From NCBI GenBank assembly GCA_013239625.1, contig MU053561.1, forward strand, positions 5,253,214 to 5,313,996: a stretch of DNA of 60,783 nt, read 5' to 3'. The stretch is from Lama guanicoe. Lineage: Eukaryota. The position numbers and the translations under genes are program-made. Shown piece by piece: positions 36,201 to 45,459 of this stretch (the first letter of the stretch is position 1; each line of letters begins with the position of its first letter). The notes beneath the pieces are model-generated. The model saw only the letters and a list, made by a program, of their open reading frames with translations, had not been told where the DNA came from and made no database searches.

Positions 36201-38319
36201 GTTCATTATATTGTACCATGTATCATTTCCTTCCTTTTTAAGGCTGAATAGTATCCATTATATGTATATGCCACATTTTGTTTATCCATTTATCTGTCAG
36301 TGGACACTTGGGTTGCTTCCACCTTTTGGCTGTTATGAACAAATAGCTCTTCATGTCCCTGCTTGCATTGTTTTGGGTATATACCCAGAAGTGGAATTGC
36401 TAGACCATATGGTAATTCTGTTCTTAACTGTTGTTTTTCATAGAGGTTGCACCCTTTTACATTTGGTTGGGGCCCAGTTTTAACAAGGCTCAGAACATAG
36501 AATTTAGCTTTTTTAAAAGCTGTTTTACTTTGTTTTTCATATTTATGCCTTCAGGGCCTTCAGTATTATGTTTGAGTTTCATCTGACCTTTTTCTTAGAA
36601 GTATATAGTTCAATCACAGGTTGACAATAAGTATTTCAAGTTAAAGATCATTTAGCTTTTTTCTGCTATTTTGAAAACTGAAAGGTATAACACTTTCATG
36701 GCTGAGATGTGTTTGAGGTCTCCATTTCATTCTGCCCTGATGTTGACATTATAGGGTGGCAAGGAGATGTGGGCAGAGTGGTTAGAAGATGCCAATGTAA
36801 CTAGTTTACAACAAAACTATTTGTTTTTAGTCATTGATGTTTTAGTTTTACAACAGCTAATTTTCATTTTTTAAAAGTGGCTTTATTGATTGACACAGCA
36901 TTGTAAACTGACAAAACTTCAATAAAATTTCTTTAAATTAAAAAAAAATCAGCTTTTTTTTTAAGTTGATTAAAGAAACAAAGATATACTTTGTCCTTAG
37001 AATCTATGCATCTATTTCTGTGCCAGTGTACAGGAACTGTCATTTTCTTTGTTATCATTTCATTGTGATCACTTTCAGTTATGAGATGCTTGTTTCTAAA
37101 GCTTAATTTTGCTAATTTTAGGAGTGACCAACCTCGTATAACCAAAGATGTGATTTGTTTTCATGCTGAGGATTTTACTGACGTTGTACAGAGACTTCAG
37201 TTAGACCTTCATGAACCTCCAGTTTCCCAGGTAATGACTTTAGCTTATTTATTACTCTTTGAGTGAGATTTTGGAAATAAGTATTTTTGCCCGTTTTATT
37301 TTATAGATGTATACATGGGATGGTGAATTTAATTTTATTACTATTAAAGTCTGTGTGTGGAGGATGTTGAAAATCATTAAAACAGAGCTTCCCAAGCAGA
37401 ATGCTTAGGATCTCTTCAATATTTGGGATGCCAGGTGGGCCTGGGATGGTCACAGGGCCCAGGGAGCTCAGTTCTGGCCATGAGCAATCTCAGCTGTTAA
37501 CCCCATTGCACCGTGTGTCCTCACCTGCAAATGGTTGTAAGACACTGAGGGAGCAGATGAATGTTGCCCTTATGTATGTCAGAGAATATTGATTAGCTGC
37601 ACTTTGAAATACTTATTTAAATGATTCCCTAGGCCTTCCTAACTTCAGCCTGTACTTTTTACTAAAAAATAGTGAAATATGAGGGAAAATGTGTCTCAAG
37701 AATTACAGGAAATTTTAGAAATTTGTATATCATTTAGTATTGCTTAACTTTAATTTGACCCTCCTGTTTCCCTATGCTAATTGTAATATTTTATTTGACT
37801 AAATCATTACATAATTTACTTTAAAATCTCATGCCACTTTTCTCCTCTCTTCAGTGTGTTCAGTGGGTGGATGAAGCAAAACTTAACCAAATGAGGCGGG
37901 AAGGCATTCGTTACGCTAGGATTCAGCTATGCGACAATGATATCTACTTCATCCCTAGAAATGTCATTCATCAGTTCAAAACAGTGTCAGCGGTGTGCAG
38001 CTTAGCCTGGCATATAAGGCTTAAACAGTACCACCCCGTTGTGGAAGCCTCTCAAAACACAGAAAGCAGTTCTAATGTAGACTGTGGAAAGCGAGAATTA
38101 GAAGTTGACTCCCAGTGTGTGAGGATAAAAACTGAACCTGAGGAAACATGCACAGAGATGCAGCTTTTAACAACTGCTTCATCATCCTTCCCACCTCCAT
38201 CTGAACTTAATCTACAGCAAGAGGAGATGACTCAGCCTATTCCAGTTTTAAAGGTGGAAAGTAGACTGGACTCTGACCAGCAACACAATCTGCAGGAACA
38301 TTCAAGCACTCCTGTGTGA
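1513..38319 (+). CDS. RSBN1: RSBN1 (round spermatid basic protein 1 / KDM9), join(1513..2218,12890..13563,28829..28966,29558..29700,35648..35815,37122..37230,37855..38319), 800 aa
   Basis: Seven exons with GT-AG boundaries and consistent phases total 2403 nt. The translation matches mammalian RSBN1 as recalled ([11 protein letters not shown]..., [28 protein letters not shown], ...HNLQEHS). Confidence 0.97.
4378..4597 (+). mobile_element. MER3-like hAT-Charlie MITE
   Basis: Contains GATGATGGAAAT...AAATGTGGCTAGTGTGACTGAGGAACTGAATTTTTAATTTTATTTAAT...ATTGGACAG, typical of MER3. Confidence 0.8.
4674..4784 (-). mobile_element. Short 5'-truncated L1 3' end with target-site duplication (TSD)
   Basis: ATTGAGGTATAATTGAC... 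L1 tail. Flanking repeats ACATTTT(A/G)ACTTTT at 4660-4673 and 4785-4798. Confidence 0.65.
5085..5245 (+). mobile_element. MIR SINE
   Basis: MIR core GGGCAAATTACTTTAATCTCTCTCAG...TCTGTAAAATGGGG...GATTAAATGAG. Confidence 0.7.
5420..6815 (-). mobile_element. Old L1 (L1MC/MD-like) 3' UTR + ORF2 end
   Basis: Antisense L1 motifs ATAAATGGAATAAT, TTTTACATTCCCACCAGCAATGTATG, TTTGCAAATATTTTCTCCC, GTTGAAAAGACTATTCTT. Confidence 0.85.
6820..7085 (+). mobile_element. MER58B-like hAT MITE
   Basis: GAGCTAAGAATGGTTTTTACATTTT...AATAAAGTTTTATTGG...AGAAAAAGTTTGTTGACCTCTG. Confidence 0.8.
8230..9085. mobile_element. Cluster of three degraded MIR SINEs
   Basis: TTTGGAGTCAGACAG (+ strand); TCTCATTTAATTCTTACAATAA and CCCCATTTTACCAATAAGAAAC (- strand). 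Confidence 0.6.
9217..9270. repeat. Tandem repeat, 3 x ~17-18 nt (TTTATTTTCAGAAA(A)GAA)
   Basis: Seen directly in the sequence. Confidence 0.85.
9864..9950 (-). mobile_element. ~90-bp L1 3' stub with TSD AAGACATTG
   Basis: Poly-T followed by ATTGATATATAATTGACCTATAAC. TSD at 9855-9863 and 9951-9959. Confidence 0.75.
11620..12105. mobile_element. L2 fragments
   Basis: L2 3' end AATAAATGTTTGAATGAATGAAT at ~11833, AGAGAAGGCTTTCTGGAAG. Confidence 0.6.
12890..13563 (+). CDS. RSBN1: RSBN1 exon 2 (poly-Lys NLS, start of conserved domain)
   Basis: Acceptor GGCCAG| at 12889, ETPDENGK...SNFHTQ, donor CAG|GTAAGG. Confidence 0.97.
16093..16216 (-). mobile_element. tRNA-derived SINE (camelid Vic-1 type)
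   Basis: Reverse complement reads TATAGCTCAGTGGTAGAGCACGCGCTTAGCATGCATGAGGTCCTGGGTTCAATTCC (A and B boxes). Microsatellite tail, TSD TTCATGACT at 16084-16092 and 16217-16225. Confidence 0.85.
16240..17270 (-). mobile_element. L2 LINE fragment
   Basis: ATTCAGCAATCATTTATTGAG (L2 3' end, antisense) followed by a degraded L2 body. Confidence 0.7.
17368..17459 (+). mobile_element. tRNA-derived SINE (Vic-1 type)
   Basis: GGGGGAAGGTAATAGTTCAGTGATAGAGCACATGCTTAGCATGCAC...TACCTCCATT plus A tail. 14-bp TSD AAGAATGATGGAGT at 17354-17367 and 17460-17473. Confidence 0.88.
17660..17786 (+). mobile_element. MER5A-like hAT MITE
   Basis: AGAAATGCAGTCTCAGACCCC...AATCAAAATCTGTATTTTAATAAGATCCTCAGGTGATTC. Confidence 0.78.
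18640..18775. mobile_element. MER5-family MITE
   Basis: AAAATGCAAATTTTGATT...TCTGCATTTCTACCAAG...GATGTTGGTGTTGCTGGTCC. Confidence 0.6.
19730..20330 (-). mobile_element. L1MC1/2-like 3' UTR
   Basis: AGAGCAGTTTTTGGTTCATAGCAAAATTGAGAGGAAGGTACAGAGATTTCCCATAT. Confidence 0.85.
20900..21065. mobile_element. MER5-family MITE
   Basis: CAGAGTTTCTCAAAC...TTCTGATTCACTAGGTCTGG...GCAAGTTTAAGAAATACTG. Confidence 0.6.
22520..23420 (+). mobile_element. Degraded old L1 ORF2 fragment
   Basis: CCAGAAATAGACCCAAATATATAT, AAAAAGAAATACAAATGGCC, GAAAATGAAATTAAAACC. Confidence 0.7.
23439..23530 (+). mobile_element. tRNA-derived SINE (Vic-1 type)
   Basis: GGGGTGGGGTATAGCTCATTTGTAGAG...GTTCAATCCCCAGTACTTCCATTAAAAAAAAA. 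Confidence 0.82.
23998..25028 (-). mobile_element. MLT1-type (ERVL-MaLR) solo LTR spanning the gap
   Basis: TGTATTAGTTCCTATCGCTGCT...CTTACAGTTCTGAAGG; CTTATAAGGACACTTGTGATTACA; ATATCTTTGGGAGCCATTATTTAGCC. Confidence 0.8.
24220..24693. other. Assembly gap (474 N) flanked by poly-T
   Basis: Run of N. Confidence 1.
26135..26530. mobile_element. Old MLT1J-like LTR
   Basis: ACAGTGGCTAGAACAAAATAAG, AACTTAGTCACAGATCATACTTAGCTGCCAAGGAGTCT. Confidence 0.55.
28829..28966 (+). CDS. RSBN1: RSBN1 exon 3
   Basis: Polypyrimidine tract + TCTCAG|, [17 protein letters not shown]...EESPFLK, donor AAA|GTGAGT. Not present in the ORF track. Confidence 0.96.
29205..29305 (-). mobile_element. tRNA-derived SINE (Vic-1 type, internally deleted)
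   Basis: Poly-T then GGTACTGTGGATTGGACCCAGGACCTTGTGCATGCACTCTACCACTGAGCTGTACCC, TSD-like GCTTTCTTT. Confidence 0.8.
29558..29700 (+). CDS. RSBN1: RSBN1 exon 4
   Basis: Acceptor TTCCAG|, [14 protein letters not shown]...KSPFKRR, donor ACG|GTAAAC, phase 2. Confidence 0.96.
29830..30395 (+). mobile_element. L2 3' fragment
   Basis: TTCATAATCTGGCCCC, ACTTGGAATGGCTTCCCC, TGTTTACTGAATGAA. Confidence 0.6.
31209..31403 (+). mobile_element. MER63-like hAT-Blackjack element inside a degraded L1
   Basis: GTAGCTTGAAATTGGCCATG...AGTATTTATACCACAGAAA...CAGTTGTTAAACAT. Confidence 0.7.
34150..34700. mobile_element. Old MLT1 (J/K/L-like) LTR
   Basis: TGTCAGGATACTTTTGATTACAAGCAATAAAACTG, GAAACTTCCCAGAAGTC, CCTAAATCAGTCACTGGC. 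Confidence 0.55.
35648..35815 (+). CDS. RSBN1: RSBN1 exon 5 (HxD motif HAD)
   Basis: Acceptor CTACAG|, [19 protein letters not shown]...AVQFGE, donor ATG|GTAAGT. Confidence 0.96.
35895..36465 (-). mobile_element. L1MB-like 3' UTR
   Basis: GTGGTAAAATACACATAACATAAAATT...TTCCTTCCTTTTTAAGGCTGAATA...GGACACTTGGGTTGCTTCCACC. Confidence 0.85.
37122..37230 (+). CDS. RSBN1: RSBN1 exon 6
   Basis: Acceptor TTTTAG|, [16 protein letters not shown]...EPPVSQ, donor CAG|GTAATG. Confidence 0.96.
37855..38319 (+). CDS. RSBN1: RSBN1 exon 7, coding part
   Basis: Acceptor CTTCAG|, [17 protein letters not shown]...EHSSTPV, stop TGA. Confidence 0.96.
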   Translation, partial: CVQWVDEAKLNQMRREGIRYARIQLCDNDIYFIPRNVIHQFKTVSAVCSLAWHIRLKQYHPVVEASQNTESSSNVDCGKRELEVDSQCVRIKTEPEETCTEMQLLTTASSSFPPPSELNLQQEEMTQPIPVLKVESRLDSDQQHNLQEHSSTPV

Positions 38320-41300
38320 TATGTACATATTCAAACACATTTTTTAACTTTTTTAAATTTTGATGTGAAGTTATAGTTTTATAACTGGCTTAAGTTAAGT
38401 TTTATTGGAGAAATCTTGCCTATAATTCTATAAAGAGAAATGACATTCCACAAATGTCAAGCATATCTTTTTTACACAGATTATGCAAAGTTAAGAGTTG
38501 TATCTTATCCCGTTAGTACAGTACGTAATAGTGGGTCTGCTGCTACTTTCTGTTTTAAGGTGTGAGGTAACAATTCAATCTCTTCTTTAAATCAAAATGA
38601 GAATTCTCTGGAATAACAGATTCTTATTTGGTAAATTATTCACTTCCCTTAATTTTATCTTGCCTTTGTCTCTTGCCATATTTGCTGTTTTTTGATAGAA
38701 GATCAGATTTATGGTTTAGTACTTGTGCTTTTATGGCGCAGATTCAGCTTCTACAGTAAAAAATGGCATAGGTTTTGGGAAAGAGTTCCTGCTTCTTGTA
38801 CATAGGCAAGTCAGTTATTTAGGTCCAACCAAACAGAACAGGTAGTTTCTAAGGAGTTCAGTGGCTCTCTGGTTTCTTAACAAAAGAGAAAGCACAGCAC
38901 TTTCTGATCCAAACTGTTTTTTTTGTTGTTGTTTTTGTTTTTGTTTTTTTTTGGTATTTGTTATTTAAAGCCCAGTGGATATTTCAATTAAAAATATCTA
39001 AAGATGAACAGTCCTTGGTCATTCATTATCCATGGTTCATTAAGCTCTTCTAGAATACATGGTAACTGTGGAAGATATTTTGGGTAAAAGAGATAATGTT
39101 GACATGATACTCTATTGTTCTGCTTCCTAGCGTCCTCACATTTTGTGTGGATACTTTTGCTTCCTAAACTGATCACGAGTATCAAACTTGGAGAATGATA
39201 CCTATCTTTCTGATGAGGCTGCCATATTTTGTGCATGAAACTTAGGAAAAACTAATTTTTTCAGCTGGCATCAACCTCTTCATGGTAAAGATCTGTTGAG
39301 ACACTTCAATTCACAGTTTCAACTGGTGAATACCTGGGTTTATTTATTATTACTCTGTGTTGCTACTGTCTTATAAAGAATATGGCACTAGACTTCATCC
39401 TAGAGTTTCAGCTAGCCTAATCCATATTAGTGCCTGAGTATTTAACAATTGTTTTTCAAACAGGCACAGTTCATATAGCTAGTGTAGTCTTAACTTTCTA
39501 TTATTTTGGAATGTTAATGTGATATACATTTCACTTTCTCTTAGTTAATAATATGGTAGGCCTTTTGTTTGTTAAAGGAAGAGTACTCCCCACACCTAAG
39601 ACCAGATCCTTGTATCTACCTGGTTATAGTGCAATTTGGAGGTTTTTTTTTTTCCCTGGAGGGTGAGATTTGGAATAGTTACATTAACATAGGCAAAAAA
39701 AGATGCTGCTTTATTATGTCTGTCACCACGAAAACTTAGCTGCATCTTTTGAAATATCAAATATGAATTTTCTCTAAAATATTCTGAAATAGGTTAAATC
39801 TTATATAAATATTACTTTGTGCAATATTGTTGTGTAGTTAAATGCATATTAGCAAAGTATAGAGGTCACTGTGTAAACCGATAGAAAAGTAACCATCAGC
39901 AAATACTGCAGTGATTAGTTAGAATCTGTATTATTCCTTATATATATGTATATGTATGTATTCTCTGTTACAAAGGATGAAGACAAATAGAGAAACATTT
40001 CAGTGTAAACCATTTATGAATTGGAAGTGATGTTGGTTTTAGTTATCTTTGTAAATAAGGTAATTAGAATGGTATGAAAAGTAATGTGATTATTGCAGGG
40101 GTGTTTTAAAATCTTGGGTATAAATTCTAGGCTAAATTCTAGTTTATCAAGACTAGTTTTTAAGGGACCTGCCTTTGAGGGTGTTTTTTGTTATTTTGCG
40201 GGGAGGGGCTTAATCACAAAGTATGTGGGTTTGGGTTATTTCTTGTGTTTTGTTTTTCTGTCCAGAAGAATTTCATAGAGCTTTACTAGGCTGTGCAAAG
40301 TAAAATTCTTCTCAGGCAACATTTGCTTTTTAAAATAATCATGAAGAACAAGGTTGTTAAAGCAAAAACTTTTTATTTTTTTCTTGTCTTCCAAGATCCG
40401 ATTTCCCCATCTCCCACTTGCCATCCAGCAGATGCCATCTGTCATCTAAGCTGGTCATTGCTAATAAACAAGGAGACTGTCTCCTGACAGCCAGCACTGT
40501 GTATAATCACTCAGGAACCAGCGGATCTGCAAAGACCTACAATCAAAAGCAAATCCCCATTTTCTTTTTATAAAACATTCTACCCTCAACTCCAATTATA
40601 AGCATATTAAAAGAATAAAAAATGTTTAAAATCATGTACTAATAAATTCATTGTATGTTAGAATTGCAATAGAACCGAGAGAGAAACATTTAGCTAGTAA
40701 TGTATCTGGAAACTGAATGTCCTATGTGAGTATTAGATTTTAATAGCATGCTTTAAAGACTGATGAATATAAAAGCTCAAGTTTTGAGTTTCTTACTGCT
40801 TTAAAGCTGTATCCTAGTTTAGTGATACAAATGATTGCAACTTTTCTAAAATCATTAAATTATTTGGTTTGGTGGAGTGAGGCATGGAGCAATCTGGCGT
40901 TTTCTGATTTGTTAAAGTAGTGATGGCAGTGAAGTTGTAACTGAAATTTAAGCTGATCTTCCTTTTTGGTTATTATCCGTTGTGCCAACTTTTTGAGATT
41001 ACTTGCAGAATGTGGCTATAAGTTTTAGTATTTTGTGGAGCAGAGGGATATTTTTCAAAATGTGCTTATGGAAAGGACCCAGTAAATGAGTATTCCTAAC
41101 TTAGTAACTAGAATGATTTTATGGTCTTCATTAATCAGGAGAAAAGTCTTCCCCTTGCCCCAGAACTCATTCTGTAATTACCAAGATACGCTAGGAGTAG
41201 GATTATGATTCAAAGAGGTATTCCAAATTCATAAAGCAATAATTTAAAAAATAACTACATATTTATTCCCCCTCCAAAGTTTTAACTTTAAAAATGAATT

Positions 41301-42515
41301 CCTAGGCTTAATTTTACTTTTAATTTGCTTACTTAGAATTTGTTTCACTGGTACTTTATCAGTTTGAATTAAAGACTTTTGAAAGGTGCCCTTTCCCCTT
41401 AGAGACAGTTGGAATATCAGTCGACTAATATCACAAGCTCTTGTAGGGGGAAAAAGGAGCTTACTAAATAAAATTATTTACAAAATATAAACCTGAGGAA
41501 AAGATGTCTTGCATCATCTTGCATCGGTCTTAATAGGCATAAAGTTCATCCTTAATGACTGGAGAAACTTTTGCTTATTGCCTTTCCTTCTATAAATATT
41601 GTCTAGAGTGAAAGCTAATTTAGGAACATGACTCCAAAATTCAATTAGTGCATATATTCTTGATTATTATTATTAGCTCATTATTAGATCATTTATTTTA
41701 ATCTATATTTGCCATTAAATTTTTCTTTGCATTTATACCTTTAGAGTAATTGAGTTTGTGTCTTTCTAATGAATCTGTTTTATCATTGCTACAAGTTTTA
41801 GAAAAAGAACCTTTCACTAGTACATGCCAGAGGTTTGTATTTCTGCTAAGTTTAATTTTTTTTAAACAGGTTTTAGTTGTATTTATTGGTCATGCAGTCA
41901 GTAGAGGAAATGTACAAGACAGATGTTTTTCTTTAGCACATAAGGGACCTATCCTCATTATGAAAGTTTGTTGCTTTAAAAGCAAGTATCTCTCCATAAA
42001 TATTATGGCCTTCCATTTTCTTCATACATCTTTTAGGATCCACTTGTGCATGTAGTTGAGACCACTGTCTCTTAATATAGCACTTTTCAATTCTCTCTAA
42101 AGAAATACTTATGTACTACTTCTATCACATGTTGTAAATTTTCATGTAATAGTGTTTTCTGTGACTAAACTCCATTATGATTGGCAGCTAAGACTTTTTT
42201 TCCTGTGGCTTTAATTTATCTTAAGAGGTCTTTGCATATAGATGAAATGTATAATTTGCTTGGCGGACTATTTGCGTTTTGTGGCCTTAGTTTGTTTATT
42301 GACATTAATGAGTGTTTTAAAAAGGTTTTTAATGAATAGTCTTAAATCTAAATTTGTGTGAATAATAATCCTTTTAACACAGTGCTTTTTTGTAGCTGTC
42401 TAAGTGTGTTAAATTGTTAAGCTATTTCTTTGTAAAATAGGACAATGGAATGCATAGAGGTTTTTTTTTTCCTGTAAAGTATTTTTTTAATAAACAAAGT
42501 CTGATTTGTCCTTTA
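38320..42515 (+). other. RSBN1: RSBN1 3' UTR (~4.2 kb)
   Basis: AU-rich stretch with no recognisable repeats, running from the stop codon to AATAAA at 42489. Internal AATAAA at 40463, 40614, 40641 and 41467 could be alternative poly(A) signals. Confidence 0.7.
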
Positions 42516-42530
42516 TTGATGTTTCGTGAC
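42489..42530 (+). terminator. Distal poly(A) signal of RSBN1
   Basis: AATAAA at 42489-42494 with upstream UGUA motifs and U-rich sequence, and a downstream GU/U-rich tract. Confidence 0.65.
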
Positions 42531-44499
42531 AAAATGAATAGCATGTGTGAATTGTAGCCACCTGGAACCTGTTTTTAAAGTATTAATCTCTCCCTTCTGT
42601 GTCTCCTATTATTTTCTGATATTTTAGAAAATCTTGTGACCTTTGTTTCCTAAAGAAAAGGTCATAGATACCCAGGGAAAATTTCATCCATATTGAGAGG
42701 CAATTAGTGGAGGCATTTGTGGCAGTTGTGCCTCTTGCTGCATTAATTGATTTATACCTATGAGAGAGCAATCAAAGTTTTATTCTGGGGATGTTATTTT
42801 TGAAAGTACATGCATGTAGTGTCAGTTAATGAAGGTAATTTACAGGTGTTTCAGGTGTCATTGATGTATTAAGTGACATAATCCAAATGGATTTTTTTCC
42901 TCATCAGTTTTTATTTGTGTGGACTTCTCATTTTACTGCCCTCAGCACTGATAGCCCTTGCTTATGATTAGGAAAGGAAAAGGAAAGGACTGAATGTTTT
43001 TTTGAGTAACTGCTGTGGGCTAGGCAGTTTATATGAGGGTATCTCATTGAATCCTCACAGCCTTCAGTAGGAAGATAACAATACAATCGCCATAATACAG
43101 GTGAGCCAACGGGCTTGTTAGGTTGAATACATTGCCTAAAAATCAGTTAGTGGGAGTAGGAATTAGAATGCAATTCTGGGTTCAGAGTCCTTTGTTAGGT
43201 GAGAGACTTAAGCACTGAAAATTGGTCAAGAGGCTCCTAAAAGATGATATGCTGCTGTTTACTCTTGCCTGGCGCATCTTACCTGATTCTGTTCTTTCAG
43301 GAACCTCCCCCAAGCTTCTTAGTGTGCCAAGCAATGAAGTAAAATGTTTTTGCTACTAGTGTAAATTTACGTCTTAAAGTAAACATTAAGATACACAAAA
43401 AATGACCTTCTCATGTCATTTTTCCAGGTTTTTTTGTTGTTGTTAAGTCAGCCATTTGTCTTGAAACCCAACGGATTCGTCATGTTTCGCTCTGAGGAAG
43501 GGAAAAGCTGTCAAGCAAAAGCGGAAAGGAAACCACTGCCCATGTGTGCAATATAAAAATAAAGCCTGGGTAAAATAATTTTAAATTAGTTTCGTGGGAG
43601 TTACTTTTATCCTAGTTGATTTTCTTCACCGGTAAAACGGGGATAACTTACACCTTATGTCGATTTGATAATCAAAAATAAAGATGTAAAACATTTAGAA
43701 CTGCACTTACTAGGCTTTCTGAAGTGGTCTAGTCATTATCTCATTAGCTTTATCTGACCCAAATGCTACATGTCAGGCAAGCAAGAACACGTGAGGTGTA
43801 CTTCAAGTGGGATGAGAATGGCCGTTAGAGGTCAGCGTTCCATTAATGCCCCCCACCCCCCAATTATATATAGAGAGAGAGAGAGGCGGGGGGAGGGGGG
43901 AGGGAGAGGGGAAAGCGGATTAAAACCTTCTTAACGTATCTTTAAATATTCATTTGAGATCGCAACCGTTCCTTTCCCCTGACCTCTATCAGCTGCCTGA
44001 CTCTTAACCTAGAAACGGTTCTTCCCGCCGCTACCTTCCCCTACCCTGATTTGGGAAAAGCGCCCTGGAACTGCCCCAAGCCTTGTCCCTTTTTACCCTT
44101 GAGCACTCAGAACGCTGAAGTCCCACAGCTGCTGAGGGGCTGGAGAGGAAGGCAAACAGCAAGCTGCAGCCTGCCAGGCCTTTTCGTCCCAGGACAGCGT
44201 AAATTCAGGAAAACATTTGTTCATTCAGCAAGGGTTGCGAATCTACGTGCCAGGCTCGCGCCAGCCCTCAATCTCTGACCTCATGGCACCCACAGCCCAA
44301 GGAGGAAGACCGACAGTAAATCATTAAGCACAAAGAAACCTACAAAAACACAAGAAAAGATAAGTGTTGCAAAGAAATAAATGGGGAACTACTGGAATAT
44401 CAGGACCGACCTCCTTTAGACCGATGGCTGGGAAAGTCATTTCTGAGGAAGTGACCTGAAGGGAGCTGCTCTTGGCCTTGATCTCCGTGTGGCTCCCCA

Positions 44500-45260
44500 G
44501 CCTCTTGGTCTGGGAACCTGGCAGAGACGCGGAGGGAAGGCCCCGGGCGGGGGCGGAGCCTCCTCCGCGGTAAAACCCGGAAAGCGGAAGCCGCGGCCCA
44601 GCTGCACGGTGGTCTGCGGCGCTGCAGTAGCCCAGCTCTCGGCGGGCTGAGCCACGGTCCAGGCCGGCCCGGCCTAGCGAGGACGCCCGCCCGCCGCCCC
44701 GGAGCGGCTGCTACCCCGGCCTTGGGGCCTTTGCACTTGACTTTTCTAGCCCGGCCCCGAGACGTCTGCCTTTGCCATAGCGACTGGCGGCCTAGAGAAG
44801 ACCCCCTTCACATTTTAGTTCCCCCCTTTCCCAGTTCATTCTTTGCTTATTTTAGGGTCAGTCCGATGACCCTGTAGGTCGGGTTTGGAGGGCGTCGGCT
44901 CTCTGGCAACACACTGCCCTCCCCTGGGCGCTGCGCGGCCGGTTGCCTCCGAGGCTGGGGCGGCCTCCGCGGTCTCCATGGTAACGGCCCTGCCGGCGTC
45001 TCCGCCTCGGGGGGAAGATGCGGCCTGCCGGGCCCGCAGCCTCGCCCCCGGCCTCACGGCGGGGCGGGGGCCGCTGAAGAGGAAGGTCCCGGCCGCCGGA
45101 CTGCTGGGCTGCGGGCACCAGGTGAGAGCCGGACGCTGGGAAGCGGAGGAGGCGGGGTGCAGGTCCTCTCCAGCGACCTCCCCTCCTCTCCCTCTCTGCA
45201 TCCCTGAACACGCTCGCACAAAATATCGCAGAGAGGCATCTCCGGTCGCCACTGCGCCAG
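44500..45260. promoter_or_regulatory. CpG island / promoter of PHTF1
   Basis: GC/CpG-rich, GC boxes (GGGCGGGGGCGG ~44545), tandem ETS-like CCGGAAAGCGGAAG at 44577-44590, X-box GTCTCCATGGTAAC at 44972-44985. Confidence 0.88.
44620..45121 (+). other. PHTF1: PHTF1 5' UTR exon 1 (start uncertain)
   Basis: Strong donor CAG|GTGAGA at 45121/45122 within the CpG island, upstream of the first coding exon. Confidence 0.6.
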
Positions 45261-45459
45261 AGTTTTTTTGGTATGCTTTTGTTTTTGTTTTTTTCCCCTG
45301 GCAAACAGCCGGAGAATGAGACAGTCAGCAGCTCAGAGAGGCTGAGAGAAGCGGTTTTTGAGTTCTGCCCAAACTGGGAGAGTACCTTTCAGCAACTGGA
45401 CTCACTGACTGGTTTTTCTTTATTTTCAGTGAAATCCTATTCTCTGGCTGGAGACGCAG

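Noticed and set aside
44836..45304. Minus-strand ORFs of 138-148 aa
   Set aside because: GC-rich promoter shadow ORFs with no recognisable homology
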